Positions 44,962 through 55,003 of a DNA stretch of 55,831 bases are shown in pieces. The stretch lies in sequence record SRR22947727_1464. The stretch is one strand, 5' to 3'. Under the pieces are notes generated by a model. It was not told the origin of the DNA. It worked only from the letters and a program-made list of their open reading frames with translations, and searched no databases. The stretch's first letter is position 1. The number at the start of each line of letters is the position of its first letter. The translations under genes and the position numbers were made by a program.

Positions 44962-47757
44962 CTAATGCGCGACCGCCCAATTTGGCCCAGATCCGGCCTC
45001 CACAATCAACGGCACATCCAGCTTGACCACTGGCAAGCTGGCCCGTTCCATCACCTGTTTGGCAACTTGGGTAAGGGCCTCGACCGCACCGTCCTCAACT
45101 TCAAACAGCAATTCATCGTGCACTTGCAACAACATTTTGGCCGGTAAATGCGCAATCGCTTCGGGCATGCGGACCATCGCGCGGCGGATCACATCTGCTG
45201 CGGTGCCTTGGATCGGCGCATTGATTGCAGCGCGTTTGGCAAAACCTGCATGCGGGCCTTTCGCCCCAATGTCAGGCGTGTGAATGCGGCGTCCAAACAG
45301 CGTTTGCACATAGCCATGTTCTTTGGCGAAAGCCACCGTATCATCCATATAGGTGCGAATGCCCGGGAAGCGCTCAAAATATGTGTCGATGAACGCCTGG
45401 GCCTCCGCCCGCGGAATGCGCAGATTGCGCGCAAGCCCAAAGCCAGAAATGCCATAAATCACCCCAAAGTTAATGGCTTTTGCCTTGCGGCGCACCTCAG
45501 AGGTCATTTGATCGAGCGGCACATCAAACATCTGACTTGCGGTCAGCGCGTGAATATCAATGCCGTCGGCAAAGGCCTGTTTCAGAGTTGGAATATCGGC
45601 AATATGGGCGAGAATGCGCAGCTCGATTTGTGAATAATCCAAAGCCACTAAGGTTTTGCCGGTCTCCGCTACAAAAGCCTCCCGAATTTTGCGGCCCTCT
45701 TCCGTCCGGATGGGGATATTTTGCAAGTTGGGATCAGTTGAGGCCAAACGCCCGGTGCTCGCGCCGGCGATGGAATAGGACGTGTGCACGCGGCCAGTAT
45801 CGGGATGAATATGGTCCTGTAGCGCGTCGGTATAAGTGGATTTCAATTTGCTCAATTGACGCCAGTCTAAAACCCGCCCGGGCAATTCATGCTCCGTCGC
45901 CAGATCTTCCAAAACATCAACCCCAGTGGCGTAGGCGCCCGTTTTGCCCTTCTTACCACCGGGAAGCGCCATTTCATCAAAGAGCACTTCACCAAGCTGT
46001 TTGGGGGATCCCACATTAAAGCTGCGCCCGGCCATCTCGTGGATTTCAGCCTCCAGCCCCGCCATCTTCTGCGCGAAACCATTCGACATGCGGCTCAAGA
46101 CATCTCGGTCTACTTTGATCCCGTGCATTTCCATATCTGCCAATACCGGCACGAGGGGGCGTTCCAGGCTTTCATAGACCGCTGTCACCCGATTAAGATG
46201 CAAGCGCGGTTTGAGATACTGCCAAAGGCGCAGAGTGATATCGGCATCTTCTGCCGCATAAAGGCTGGCCTCATCAATGGGAACGCGGTCAAAGGTGATT
46301 GCGGATTTCCCACTGCCTAGCAATGTTTTGATCGAGATGGGCGCATGATCGAGATAACGCTCGCTCAAAAGGTCCATCCCATGATTGTGCAAGCCGCCAT
46401 TTTGCGCGTAGCTCATCAACATTGTGTCATCGATCGGCGCCACTTGGATGCCGACCCGCGCCAAAATCTTGGCGTCATATTTCATGTTCTGACCAATTTT
46501 CAGAATGGTGGAATCTTCCAGCATCGGCTTGAGCATGGCCAGAGCGGTATCGAGATCCATCTGGCCCTCCGCCAAAGCATCAGTGCCGAAGAGATCATCA
46601 GACTGCCCTGCGCGATGCGCGAGCGGCAAATAGGCCGCCTCACCGGCTTGGACGCATAAGGAGACACCCACCAAATCGGCGCGCATTTCATTCAAACCGG
46701 TTGTTTCCGTATCCACGGCCACATAACCGCGGGCATAAATCCGATCAATCCAAGTTTGCAGAGCCGCCGCATCTCGCATGGTCTCATATTTACTGGTGTC
46801 AAAAGCCGCCGCCGCGGGGGCCTCAATCACGGCCTGCTGCACCTCGGACTCGGCAATAACCGGGGCTTGAACGCCCAGTTTATCCGCCAGCCTTTTGCTC
46901 AAGGTGCGAAATTCCATTTGTGCCACAAAATCCAAAAGCTCTTGAGGATCGGGATCGCGCACCTCCAAATCCTCAATGGAGAAATCCAGCTCCATATTGC
47001 ACTCCAGCTGAACCAGCTGTTTGGACAGTTCGATCTGCGCCCGGTTGTCCATCAAGCTTTCGCGGCGCTTGGGCTGTTTGATCTCTCCTGCGCGATCCAA
47101 AAGCTCTTCCAGAGAGCCATATTCGTTGATCAGCAAGGCCGCAGTCTTAATGCCAATGCCGGGTGCACCGGGCACATTGTCAACGCTGTCCCCTGCCAAT
47201 GCCTGCACATCAACCACGCGCTCAGGGGCAACACCAAATTTCTCAACAACACCGTCTCGGTCAATCACTTTGTTTTTCATGGCATCCAGCATCACAACAC
47301 CGCCGCCCACCAGCTGCATCAAGTCCTTGTCAGAGCTGATGATGGTGCACGCGCCCCCAGCGTCGCGCGCGCGGCAGGCCAATGTTGCGATGATATCATC
47401 CGCCTCAAACCCTTCGACCTCTTTACATGCCACATTGAAAGCCCGGGTTGCCGCGCGGGTGAGTGGGAATTGTGGGATCAAATCTTCCGGCGTGGCGGAA
47501 CGGTTCGCCTTGTACAGACCATACATATCATTGCGAAATGTCTTGCCAGAGTGATCAAAGATCACCGCAACATGGGTGGGAGCATCGGGGCCAGTATTGT
47601 TTTCCACATATCGTTGCAACATGTTGCAAAACCCGGCCACAGCGCCCACCGGCAAACCATCTGATTTGCGCGTCAGCGGCGGCAAAGCGTGATAGGCGCG
47701 AAAGATGAAGGCTGACCCGTCGATCAGATGCAGGTGATGTCCTTTACCGAATGCCAT
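44962..47757 (-). CDS. polA: DNA polymerase I
   Basis: 5'-3' exonuclease (LIDGS, EADD, GDSVDN), 3'-5' exonuclease (DTETT), polymerase motifs DYSQIELR, KAINFGVIYG, QVHDEL. Confidence 0.98.
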   Translation of the reverse strand: MAFGKGHHLHLIDGSAFIFRAYHALPPLTRKSDGLPVGAVAGFCNMLQRYVENNTGPDAPTHVAVIFDHSGKTFRNDMYGLYKANRSATPEDLIPQFPLTRAATRAFNVACKEVEGFEADDIIATLACRARDAGGACTIISSDKDLMQLVGGGVVMLDAMKNKVIDRDGVVEKFGVAPERVVDVQALAGDSVDNVPGAPGIGIKTAALLINEYGSLEELLDRAGEIKQPKRRESLMDNRAQIELSKQLVQLECNMELDFSIEDLEVRDPDPQELLDFVAQMEFRTLSKRLADKLGVQAPVIAESEVQQAVIEAPAAAAFDTSKYETMRDAAALQTWIDRIYARGYVAVDTETTGLNEMRADLVGVSLCVQAGEAAYLPLAHRAGQSDDLFGTDALAEGQMDLDTALAMLKPMLEDSTILKIGQNMKYDAKILARVGIQVAPIDDTMLMSYAQNGGLHNHGMDLLSERYLDHAPISIKTLLGSGKSAITFDRVPIDEASLYAAEDADITLRLWQYLKPRLHLNRVTAVYESLERPLVPVLADMEMHGIKVDRDVLSRMSNGFAQKMAGLEAEIHEMAGRSFNVGSPKQLGEVLFDEMALPGGKKGKTGAYATGVDVLEDLATEHELPGRVLDWRQLSKLKSTYTDALQDHIHPDTGRVHTSYSIAGASTGRLASTDPNLQNIPIRTEEGRKIREAFVAETGKTLVALDYSQIELRILAHIADIPTLKQAFADGIDIHALTASQMFDVPLDQMTSEVRRKAKAINFGVIYGISGFGLARNLRIPRAEAQAFIDTYFERFPGIRTYMDDTVAFAKEHGYVQTLFGRRIHTPDIGAKGPHAGFAKRAAINAPIQGTAADVIRRAMVRMPEAIAHLPAKMLLQVHDELLFEVEDGAVEALTQVAKQVMERASLPVVKLDVPLIVEAGSGPNWAVAH

Positions 47758-47799
47758 GATGATGCTATCCTTGGGTCATTGATTGAGATTGTTTGTGGC

Positions 47800-48277
47800 A
47801 TGAAAAATTTATACCTGCCAGTGCTGCTGGCCTTGATTCACACATTTGCAACCGCAGCTACGCCGGATTCCTGACGAAAATTGCATAGATATCCCCGATA
47901 GCCGCGACAGTTGCTCGCCGCTCCTGGCTTGTTTTGGCAATAGCGGCGAGTATTTTGCAGGCCGGGCTTTGGGTTGGGATGAAGGGACCTTAGCCGGGGT
48001 GACCAATTTTGGCGCGATCTGCACGGGCACTTGGGTCTCTCGCAATTTTATCGGAACATGTGAGGCCAATTTCGAATGCGACAATGGCCATTGGGGCAAG
48101 GTCATTTTCCAATATCGTGACGATGTGAGCGGCACGGTCAAAGGATTCGGCTTCACCAACCACGGCGTGAGCATAAGAGCCTGGTCCGGCCATTACATCC
48201 AAGATTTCCTTGATGGACAGAGCGGTCAGGTGGACAATAAGCTTATGTGCGGTGAGGTCGAAATTCCGCTCAGTTAG
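47800..48277 (+). pseudogene. Cys-rich secreted hypothetical protein, apparently frameshifted between signal peptide and mature domain (real or sequencing error)
   Basis: ATG 47800 gives MKNLYLPVLLALIHTFATAATPDS* (stop 47872-47874); the body IPDENCIDIPDSRDSC... continues in the +1 frame to 48277. Confidence 0.5.
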
Positions 48278-48287
48278 GACAGTTTAC

Positions 48288-48467
48288 TTACACCTGTCCC
48301 TCAAAGTCTTTATGCACCATTTTTGCGTCACAATAGGGGCATTCAACCCAGCCGTGCTCATTGGGTATTTGCAACCAAACGCGTGGGTGCCCCAAAGCGC
48401 CTTCACCACCATCACAGGCCACGCGATAGGCCTCTACAATTTTTGTCTCAGGTGCTTGAGTTGTCAT
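48288..48467 (-). CDS. Zinc-finger (zf-CHCC) domain protein
   Basis: [17 protein letters not shown] signature; start ATG 48467. Confidence 0.9.
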   Translation of the reverse strand: MTTQAPETKIVEAYRVACDGGEGALGHPRVWLQIPNEHGWVECPYCDAKMVHKDFEGQV

Positions 48468-48565
48468 TTTTTTGCCTTCTGGTTGCTGTTGGGCCTTGCT
48501 GCGCATATGTCGCTGGCTAAGATACCAAAACACGCGCAACCCACAAGCACTTTGAAAGGCCGACT

Positions 48566-49486
48566 ATGTCACAAAATGCGATTGAGCTGCGTGGTTTGAA
48601 GAAAACCTATGCCGCGACCAAGAAAACTGAGGCTAAAACGGCTCTGTCCGGCATTGATCTGGATATTCCGAGGGGCTCCATCTTCGGGCTCTTGGGGCCC
48701 AATGGCGCGGGCAAATCGACCCTGATCAATATTCTCGCCGGCTTGGTGAAAAAATCTGCAGGCTCAGTCAATATCTGGGGCTTTGATCAAGATGAAAACC
48801 CGCGGCAATCGCGCGCCGCAATTGGGGTGATGCCCCAGGAATTGAACCTTGATCCGTTTTTCACACCGGGAGCCTCGCTTGATATGCAGGCCGGCCTATA
48901 TGGCGTACCGAAAGCGCTGCGTAAAACCGATGAAATTCTGCGGTTGATCGGATTGGAAGACAAAGCCAATGCCTATGCACGCAGTCTTTCAGGCGGGATG
49001 CGCCGGCGATTGCTTTTGGGCAAAGCGCTCGTGCATAGTCCGCAGATCTTAGTGCTTGATGAGCCCACAGCGGGGGTAGATATCGGTCTGCGCCAAATGC
49101 TTTGGGACAATGTACGACAACTCAATGCCGACGGCATGACTGTGATTCTCACCACCCATTACCTCGAAGAAGCGCAAGAAATGTGCGATCAAATCGCCAT
49201 TATTCACGAGGGCGCGCTGCGCGCTTTGGACACGACAGCGAACCTATTGTCCAAACTTGACACAAAAACCTTGGTTGTTGAGACCGAGAGCGCGGCAGAG
49301 ATAAGCCTGCCGGCCGGGGTGACACAAAGCCAGCGAGCCGATGGCACCTTGGCCTTCACCTATAGCCGCAGCGCTATCTCTCCTGGTGAAATTTTAGACG
49401 CGCTGCGCCTCGCAGGTGTCAAGATTTTGGACATCCAAACCGAACAGCCTGATCTTCAAGACGTCTTTTTGGACATCACCAAATAG
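48566..49486 (+). CDS. ABC-2 type transporter ATP-binding protein (YadG-like)
   Basis: GPNGAGKST, LSGGMRRR, LDEPTAGVD, TTHYLEEA. Confidence 0.93.
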   Translation: MSQNAIELRGLKKTYAATKKTEAKTALSGIDLDIPRGSIFGLLGPNGAGKSTLINILAGLVKKSAGSVNIWGFDQDENPRQSRAAIGVMPQELNLDPFFTPGASLDMQAGLYGVPKALRKTDEILRLIGLEDKANAYARSLSGGMRRRLLLGKALVHSPQILVLDEPTAGVDIGLRQMLWDNVRQLNADGMTVILTTHYLEEAQEMCDQIAIIHEGALRALDTTANLLSKLDTKTLVVETESAAEISLPAGVTQSQRADGTLAFTYSRSAISPGEILDALRLAGVKILDIQTEQPDLQDVFLDITK

Positions 49487-49501
49487 GCAGGTATCCTCTC
49501 C

Positions 49502-49882
49502 CTAGGCTTCGCGCAACATCCGCCCAAGCGGCCGGCCCGCAACGAGATGCACATGCAAATGTGGCACCTCCTGCACCCCATGGCGACCTGAATTGGCCAA
49601 AAGGCGATAGCCGTCACCTCCGGTTCCGGGATCAACCTTCAAGGCCGTCGCAACCTGACCCACCGCACGGGTGAAATCAACAATCTCTTCCGCAGTGGCT
49701 GAATTGGCAAAATGATCAAAACACACATAAGGACCTTTGGGGATCACCAAAATATGTTCGGGCGCTTGGGCCTGAATATCGCGAAACGCGAGGCTGTGTT
49801 CGGTCTCTAATACGGTGGTGTTGGGAATTTCCCCGCGTAGAATCTTAGCGAAGATATTTTGATCATCATACTCATATGCCAT
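49502..49882 (-). CDS. HIT family nucleotide-binding protein
   Basis: NIFAKILRGEIP, AFRDI, QEVPHLHVH histidine triad; start ATG 49882. Confidence 0.92.
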   Translation of the reverse strand: MAYEYDDQNIFAKILRGEIPNTTVLETEHSLAFRDIQAQAPEHILVIPKGPYVCFDHFANSATAEEIVDFTRAVGQVATALKVDPGTGGDGYRLLANSGRHGVQEVPHLHVHLVAGRPLGRMLREA

Positions 49883-49892
49883 CGACAGGCTC

Positions 49893-51470
49893 CTAATCCG
49901 AAAACAACTGGTCCGATGCCAGTATGGCACGAGCCTTTTCCGTAGAGATACCCAAAAATTCGGCCAATGGCACGGCATTTTCCTCAAGCCCCGCCTCTTC
50001 GTAGATCTGATAACTTTGCGGGAATTGCGCATCTATTAATTGATGGTGCTCATGCCACACATCTTGGCGCAGGGTTGGCAGAAGGCGCTCAATAACTTCC
50101 GGTGGCGAATCTTTCGCCATACGACCGATACGTTGCGCATGACCAACTAAATAAGCGTCATTAAACTGGCACATCATCACCAGTGTTTTGATTTTGGCGC
50201 TGTCTTTGTATAGGTCCTGGATCAAGTCCATACTCGCGCTATCGACACAGATCAGCAAACGATCGGTCTGCTTTTGATCGAAGACCATATGTAAAAATGA
50301 TCTGACGTGCCGGCGGCGCTTTGGCAAACGGCTTTCGGTTCCGCCCAAATCAGGCAGGCCTGCGTCATGCTCGTGAAAAAGAAATTGGGACGAGGCAACA
50401 TCCACCTCTTCACCAATCCACTCGAGCAGGCGCTTCGCGACATGCCATTTTTTACACACCACCACCCGCAGCTCCCGGGTTCGACCAATATTGGCTTGCT
50501 CTTCCCAAACCCGCCGCCCAAACCGTAGCCCCTCACGGCCCTTGCCGGTCAAAAAGGCAAATAGTTTCGGGCCCTCTTTTGAAATGTGAAACTCACGGCC
50601 TGTTTCCGCATAGAGGCGTGCCAAACGCTCTTTGAGGTCAAGGGCCTCGGGGCTTATTTTGCGGGCAAACAAGTAATCCTGGCTCAACAATAGGTCGTAG
50701 TGATCATTATAAAATGTCGCCGGCATTCCATAATCTGTGAACATCAAAAATGTGAGTGGACGGGTTTGAATTTCATGCGCGGGCACCAAGTGCCGGACCA
50801 ATGTTTGGAAAAACGTCTCATCCGGGATCCAAGTGGTCGAGAAGAACCGCAGCACATCTCGACGCTTTTTGACAAAGTCCAATATTTTTTCAATGGTCTG
50901 TCGGCGCAAACACCACCATTGCGAACTAATCATCACCTGCAGATCAGCCGGTATTTTCCGGGTCAAGCCAAAATATCTTTGCAGCTTGAAACTGTTGTAA
51001 AACAGAAATGGCTGGCGCCGTTCGTTGAAAAAATGGCGATAAATTAACCGCGCCTCTTTCATACCCGTTTTGATCCAATCACTCTCAAAAAAATCAAAAC
51101 TTTCAATGTAATCACAATCATGTTGGCCCAAAAACTGATGTGCATATTCTGCGGTCTTGATGGTGTGGCAGTCACCTGAGATCATGTAAAAATGTGTCGC
51201 ATCTGCAAAGGTATCGACCGCAGCTTGCAGCGCATTTAAGCTGGCTTGTACCAAAGACCACGCACCCCAACCGCATTTTACGCGTTTCTTTGCAAAACAA
51301 ATGTTGGGATTGTCCGCAAGGGCCTCGCGAATAGCCCGAAACTCAGAACTCCGTCCACCGGCGTCAAAATGAATGGAAACGTAATCTCCGGCCATCGCAA
51401 GGCGCCGCGCTTGCTCAATAATGGAGCGGCTGTCCTTGTGACATAACAATATAAATGCGACTCTCACCAC
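49893..51470 (-). CDS. GT14 (core-2/I-branching) glycosyltransferase with C-terminal extension
   Basis: AFILLCHK, IHFD, WGAWSLV, ISGD, SQWW.L, PDETFFQT, LFARK motifs. Confidence 0.85.
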   Translation of the reverse strand: MVRVAFILLCHKDSRSIIEQARRLAMAGDYVSIHFDAGGRSSEFRAIREALADNPNICFAKKRVKCGWGAWSLVQASLNALQAAVDTFADATHFYMISGDCHTIKTAEYAHQFLGQHDCDYIESFDFFESDWIKTGMKEARLIYRHFFNERRQPFLFYNSFKLQRYFGLTRKIPADLQVMISSQWWCLRRQTIEKILDFVKKRRDVLRFFSTTWIPDETFFQTLVRHLVPAHEIQTRPLTFLMFTDYGMPATFYNDHYDLLLSQDYLFARKISPEALDLKERLARLYAETGREFHISKEGPKLFAFLTGKGREGLRFGRRVWEEQANIGRTRELRVVVCKKWHVAKRLLEWIGEEVDVASSQFLFHEHDAGLPDLGGTESRLPKRRRHVRSFLHMVFDQKQTDRLLICVDSASMDLIQDLYKDSAKIKTLVMMCQFNDAYLVGHAQRIGRMAKDSPPEVIERLLPTLRQDVWHEHHQLIDAQFPQSYQIYEEAGLEENAVPLAEFLGISTEKARAILASDQLFSD

Positions 51471-51584
51471 AAAGTTACTGATGTCTCTATTGCTGAATAA
51501 ATATTTCGGTCATAATAAATTTACATTATATTGATTTAGTTTTCGTTGGTACAGTGCCAATAGGTTTGAAAGAAAGTAATTTAT

Positions 51585-52406
51585 ATGGGTTTTCCTGGAA
51601 CTTGGATGACTGAGTCCGAAAGTGTTGTATATCGGGTCGTGCCGAAATGTGCCTGTTCAACCATTGGGCAGATCATGTTTTACTCGGACCACGGCGAATT
51701 TTTTGACGGCGATATTCACGACTGTAAAGGTGGATTGCATAAGTGGTCTCAGGAAGACTCGAAACCAAAAATCACGCAGAATGTGGTGGAGCATCGCAGT
51801 TATGCATTCACCTGTGTCCGCAATCCTTATACGCGGATATTGAGCTCATTCTTTGACAAAATTTGCGGCATTCAGCGCAATGGAAACTACTATCGTGGCA
51901 ATCTTGTCCCACTTTTGATCCAAAAATATGGAATCGAAGTGGGCAATCCGGTCGATGACTTTCAATTTGATCAGATCAAGAGTTTTCGGCGATTTCTACT
52001 TTTTGCCAGAGACACCATAAGATGGCGCAAACCGATGGATCCTGATATTCATTGGTCGGCGACCTCGGGCCATGTCTCAACTTTTGTGGCCAATGGTGGA
52101 ACCTATGATCACATTTTTTGGACCGAAAAATTCAATGACGGGATGCAAAAGGTCTTAGACGCCATTGAAACACCCAATAAGGTCGATTTAAAGACCATTC
52201 CAAAGTTCAACGAAAGCGAAGGGCACGGCCCCAAACGCGCGCATCCCGTGGAGGATTATTTCGACGATCTGTCGATGCATTTGGTTTATGAGATGTTCAA
52301 ACGTGACTTTGATCTGTTCAAATATAGTTTTGAAGATCCCGCCAATAAAATGCCCATTGGCGAGATTGATCTTGATGAGATTCACGCAAAATTGGGCGGA
52401 ACCTAA
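51585..52406 (+). CDS. Sulfotransferase family protein (Sulfotransfer_2-like)
   Basis: 5'-PSB motif VPKCACST, 3'-PB motif VRNPYTRILS, HW and DFDLFKY. Confidence 0.85.
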   Translation: MGFPGTWMTESESVVYRVVPKCACSTIGQIMFYSDHGEFFDGDIHDCKGGLHKWSQEDSKPKITQNVVEHRSYAFTCVRNPYTRILSSFFDKICGIQRNGNYYRGNLVPLLIQKYGIEVGNPVDDFQFDQIKSFRRFLLFARDTIRWRKPMDPDIHWSATSGHVSTFVANGGTYDHIFWTEKFNDGMQKVLDAIETPNKVDLKTIPKFNESEGHGPKRAHPVEDYFDDLSMHLVYEMFKRDFDLFKYSFEDPANKMPIGEIDLDEIHAKLGGT

Positions 52407-52415
52407 AGGCGGCTT

Positions 52416-53408
52416 TTAAACAATACCCTGCTTTTTGAGCATCTCAGCGATGGAAGTGGCTGGGCGCGGACCGATGTGACCGATCACCTCTCCGGCGGCA
52501 ATACCACCGATCTTGCCGCAGGTCTCCAGATCAAACCCTTGCACCACCCCATATAGGAAGCCAGCGGCAAATTGATCGCCTGCGCCTGTGGCATCCACCG
52601 GGACAACCGGGACAACCGGAACGTCCCAGCGCTTATCCGCTTGGCATATCGACACGCCCTGCGCCGAGCGCGTGCACACCACCAACTCACAATCAGCGGC
52701 CCCCATTTTGAGCGCTTCTGCCAAGTCATCAGTTTGATACAGCGACTTTAGCTCTTCTTCATTGCAGAGGAAAAAATCCAACGGGCCAGCTACCAACTTA
52801 CGAAAATCATCGCGATGGCGATCCACGCAAAATGGATCCGACAAAGAAATTCCAGCCCGCGCACCCGATTGCCGCGCCAGTGATGCGGCCTTGCGAAACG
52901 CTTCCTTGCCAGGGGCCTTGTCAAAGAGATACCCCTCAAGGAACAGAATTTCACAGTCCGTGATCACCGCATCGGATACGTCTTCCGGTCCCACATCCGA
53001 GGAAATTCCAAGATAGGTGTTCATCGAACGCTCACCATCGGGCGACACGAAGATCATTGAACGTGACGTTGGAAGCTCCGCATTACGCACCGGCGGGTTC
53101 GGAAAATCCGTACCTTCTGTTTGCATTGCCAATGCGTAGGAATGACCCAAATCATCATCCGCAACCCGGCCAATAAACGCCGTACGAAGACCCAAAGATC
53201 CCAACCCGGCAATCGTATTGGCCACAGACCCACCTGGCGTTTCTGTTCGGCTGCCCATCGCTGCAAAGAGCGCTTCGGCGCGCGGCTGGTCCACCAGCTG
53301 CATGATACCCTTTTCAACCCCATGCTCAGCCAAAAAATCGTCGCTGCTGGTCGCAATAACGTCCGACACAGCATTTCCGATACCAACCACCTGATAGGCT
53401 TTGCTCAC
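52416..53408 (-). CDS. PfkB family kinase (adenosine kinase-like)
   Basis: GIGNA, GGSVANT, GERSMNTYLG, EGYLFD, DATGAGDQFAAG. Confidence 0.9.
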   Translation of the reverse strand: MSKAYQVVGIGNAVSDVIATSSDDFLAEHGVEKGIMQLVDQPRAEALFAAMGSRTETPGGSVANTIAGLGSLGLRTAFIGRVADDDLGHSYALAMQTEGTDFPNPPVRNAELPTSRSMIFVSPDGERSMNTYLGISSDVGPEDVSDAVITDCEILFLEGYLFDKAPGKEAFRKAASLARQSGARAGISLSDPFCVDRHRDDFRKLVAGPLDFFLCNEEELKSLYQTDDLAEALKMGAADCELVVCTRSAQGVSICQADKRWDVPVVPVVPVDATGAGDQFAAGFLYGVVQGFDLETCGKIGGIAAGEVIGHIGPRPATSIAEMLKKQGIV

Positions 53409-54049
53409 TGGGTTTTCTCCTCAAATTGGCATAAATTACTGATAATGCAGGCGCGGCACTTGGGTTTTCGCGCAACACAAATATATCTCCCATGCAATAT
53501 CAGCCAATGATGTGCGTGCAACTGAAAATCCGCAGGTACATTATCTTCAATTGCCCGTTCGACCTGATCAACCGTTTTGCCCGGCGCAATGCCTGCGCGG
53601 TTTCCCACCCGGAAAATATGCGTGTCGACCGCCTGTGCCGGCTGCTGCCACCACATATTCAACACGACATTTGCAGTTTTGCGTCCAACACCCGGTAGGC
53701 TTTGCAAGGCAGCCCGCGAATTGGGCACCTCGCCGCCAAATTCTTCCACCAAAATCTGCGCCATCTTCATCACATTGCGGGCTTTGGTTTTGTAAAGGCC
53801 GATGGTCTTGATATGGGCGATCAACCCGTCCTCGCCCAGATCCAGCATTTTTTGCGGCGAATCTACTGATTTGAACAGGGCCTCTGTGGCCTTGTTGACG
53901 CCCTTATCGGTCGCCTGCGCCGAAAGCGCCACGGCCACCACGAGCGTGTAGGCATTCACATGATTAAGCTCCCCCTTTGGTTCAGGTTCGCTGTTTTCAA
54001 ACCGCGAAAAGATTTCGCGCATGACCGGGTAAGGAAGTTGTTTCGCCAT
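53405..54049 (-). CDS. nth: Endonuclease III
   Basis: LSAQATD, HhH LPGVGRKTANVV, VDTH, C-X6-C-X2-C-X5-C Fe-S motif; start ATG 54049. Confidence 0.96.
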   Translation of the reverse strand: MAKQLPYPVMREIFSRFENSEPEPKGELNHVNAYTLVVAVALSAQATDKGVNKATEALFKSVDSPQKMLDLGEDGLIAHIKTIGLYKTKARNVMKMAQILVEEFGGEVPNSRAALQSLPGVGRKTANVVLNMWWQQPAQAVDTHIFRVGNRAGIAPGKTVDQVERAIEDNVPADFQLHAHHWLILHGRYICVARKPKCRACIISNLCQFEEKTQ

Positions 54050-54227
54050 GACAGCTCTATAAGAAAAATTCACACAAAACTAAACCAAAATTTTGGCGTG
54101 TTCTTGCGAATAACCAGACAAGTATGAGCGAAGCCTTGCCGCCGGCAAAATACGTGAATTGCGGAAAGCTGGGAATCCCTGCATAACAAAGCGCTACAAG
54201 AAATTGGCCTGATTAAAGGAGCTCACC

Positions 54228-54887
54228 ATGAAATTGTTATCTTCTGCACTCGCAGGATCCGCATTGTTGATTCTTTCGGGCTGCGTCACGCCAGAGAGCG
54301 CGGCCAATAGCAAGCCAGGTGACAACACCACCGCAGGTACGATCATGGGCGGGCTCATTGGCGCCATTGCTGGAATGGAAATGTCGCGCAAAGGTGACCG
54401 GAAAAAGGGGGCGATTGTTGGCGCTATTGTGGGCGCGGCGGCCGGCAATGCAATTGGTCAAACTTTGGATGAACAGGCCGCAGATTTGCGCCGTGATCTG
54501 AACAATAATCAAGTGAATGTCACGAACACTGGGTCCGAGCTGATCGTCACGATGCCACAGGACATTCTGTTTGCCTTGGATAGTGCCGCTGTGCGCAGTG
54601 ATTTGCGCCGCGACCTGGGCGTTGTGGCCGGAAACTTACAGGCCTACCCAAACTCCACCATCTCCATTGAAGGCCATACGGACAACACCGGAACCGCCAA
54701 TTACAATAGGATTCTGTCGCAACGGCGCGCAAATGCCGTGGCGGACATCTTGGTGAACAATGGTGTGCCACCAGCACGCTTATACGCGGTGGGCCGCGGC
54801 GAGAATGAACCGGTGGCCAGTAATCTTTCCGCCACTGGGCGCGCACAGAACCGCAGGGTCGAAATTGTGATCCGACCAAACGCATAG
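54228..54887 (+). CDS. OmpA family lipoprotein (YiaD-like, glycine zipper plus peptidoglycan-binding domain)
   Basis: Lipobox LSGC, glycine zipper, GHTD, LSQRRA, NRRVEI. Confidence 0.93.
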   Translation: MKLLSSALAGSALLILSGCVTPESAANSKPGDNTTAGTIMGGLIGAIAGMEMSRKGDRKKGAIVGAIVGAAAGNAIGQTLDEQAADLRRDLNNNQVNVTNTGSELIVTMPQDILFALDSAAVRSDLRRDLGVVAGNLQAYPNSTISIEGHTDNTGTANYNRILSQRRANAVADILVNNGVPPARLYAVGRGENEPVASNLSATGRAQNRRVEIVIRPNA

Positions 54888-54967
54888 CCAGGCCTTAGGC
54901 CGTATGTGCGCCTGTCGGTTGAAGTGACGCAACGCTGCTTCTCAGTGACGGTTGCCTTCTCATAGAC

Positions 54968-54986
54968 TGGTCATATAATTTGACCA
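54968..54986. promoter_or_regulatory. Candidate autoregulatory operator of the GntR/FadR gene
   Basis: Palindrome TGGTCA-N7-TGACCA 17 bp upstream of ATG 55004. Confidence 0.7.
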
Positions 54987-55003
54987 AGCTACTGGGGGGA
55001 TTC

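Noticed and set aside
54136..54148. TTGCCG-C-CGGCAA inverted repeat upstream of the OmpA lipoprotein gene
   Set aside because: Short, GC-rich and single-copy, with no supporting second site.
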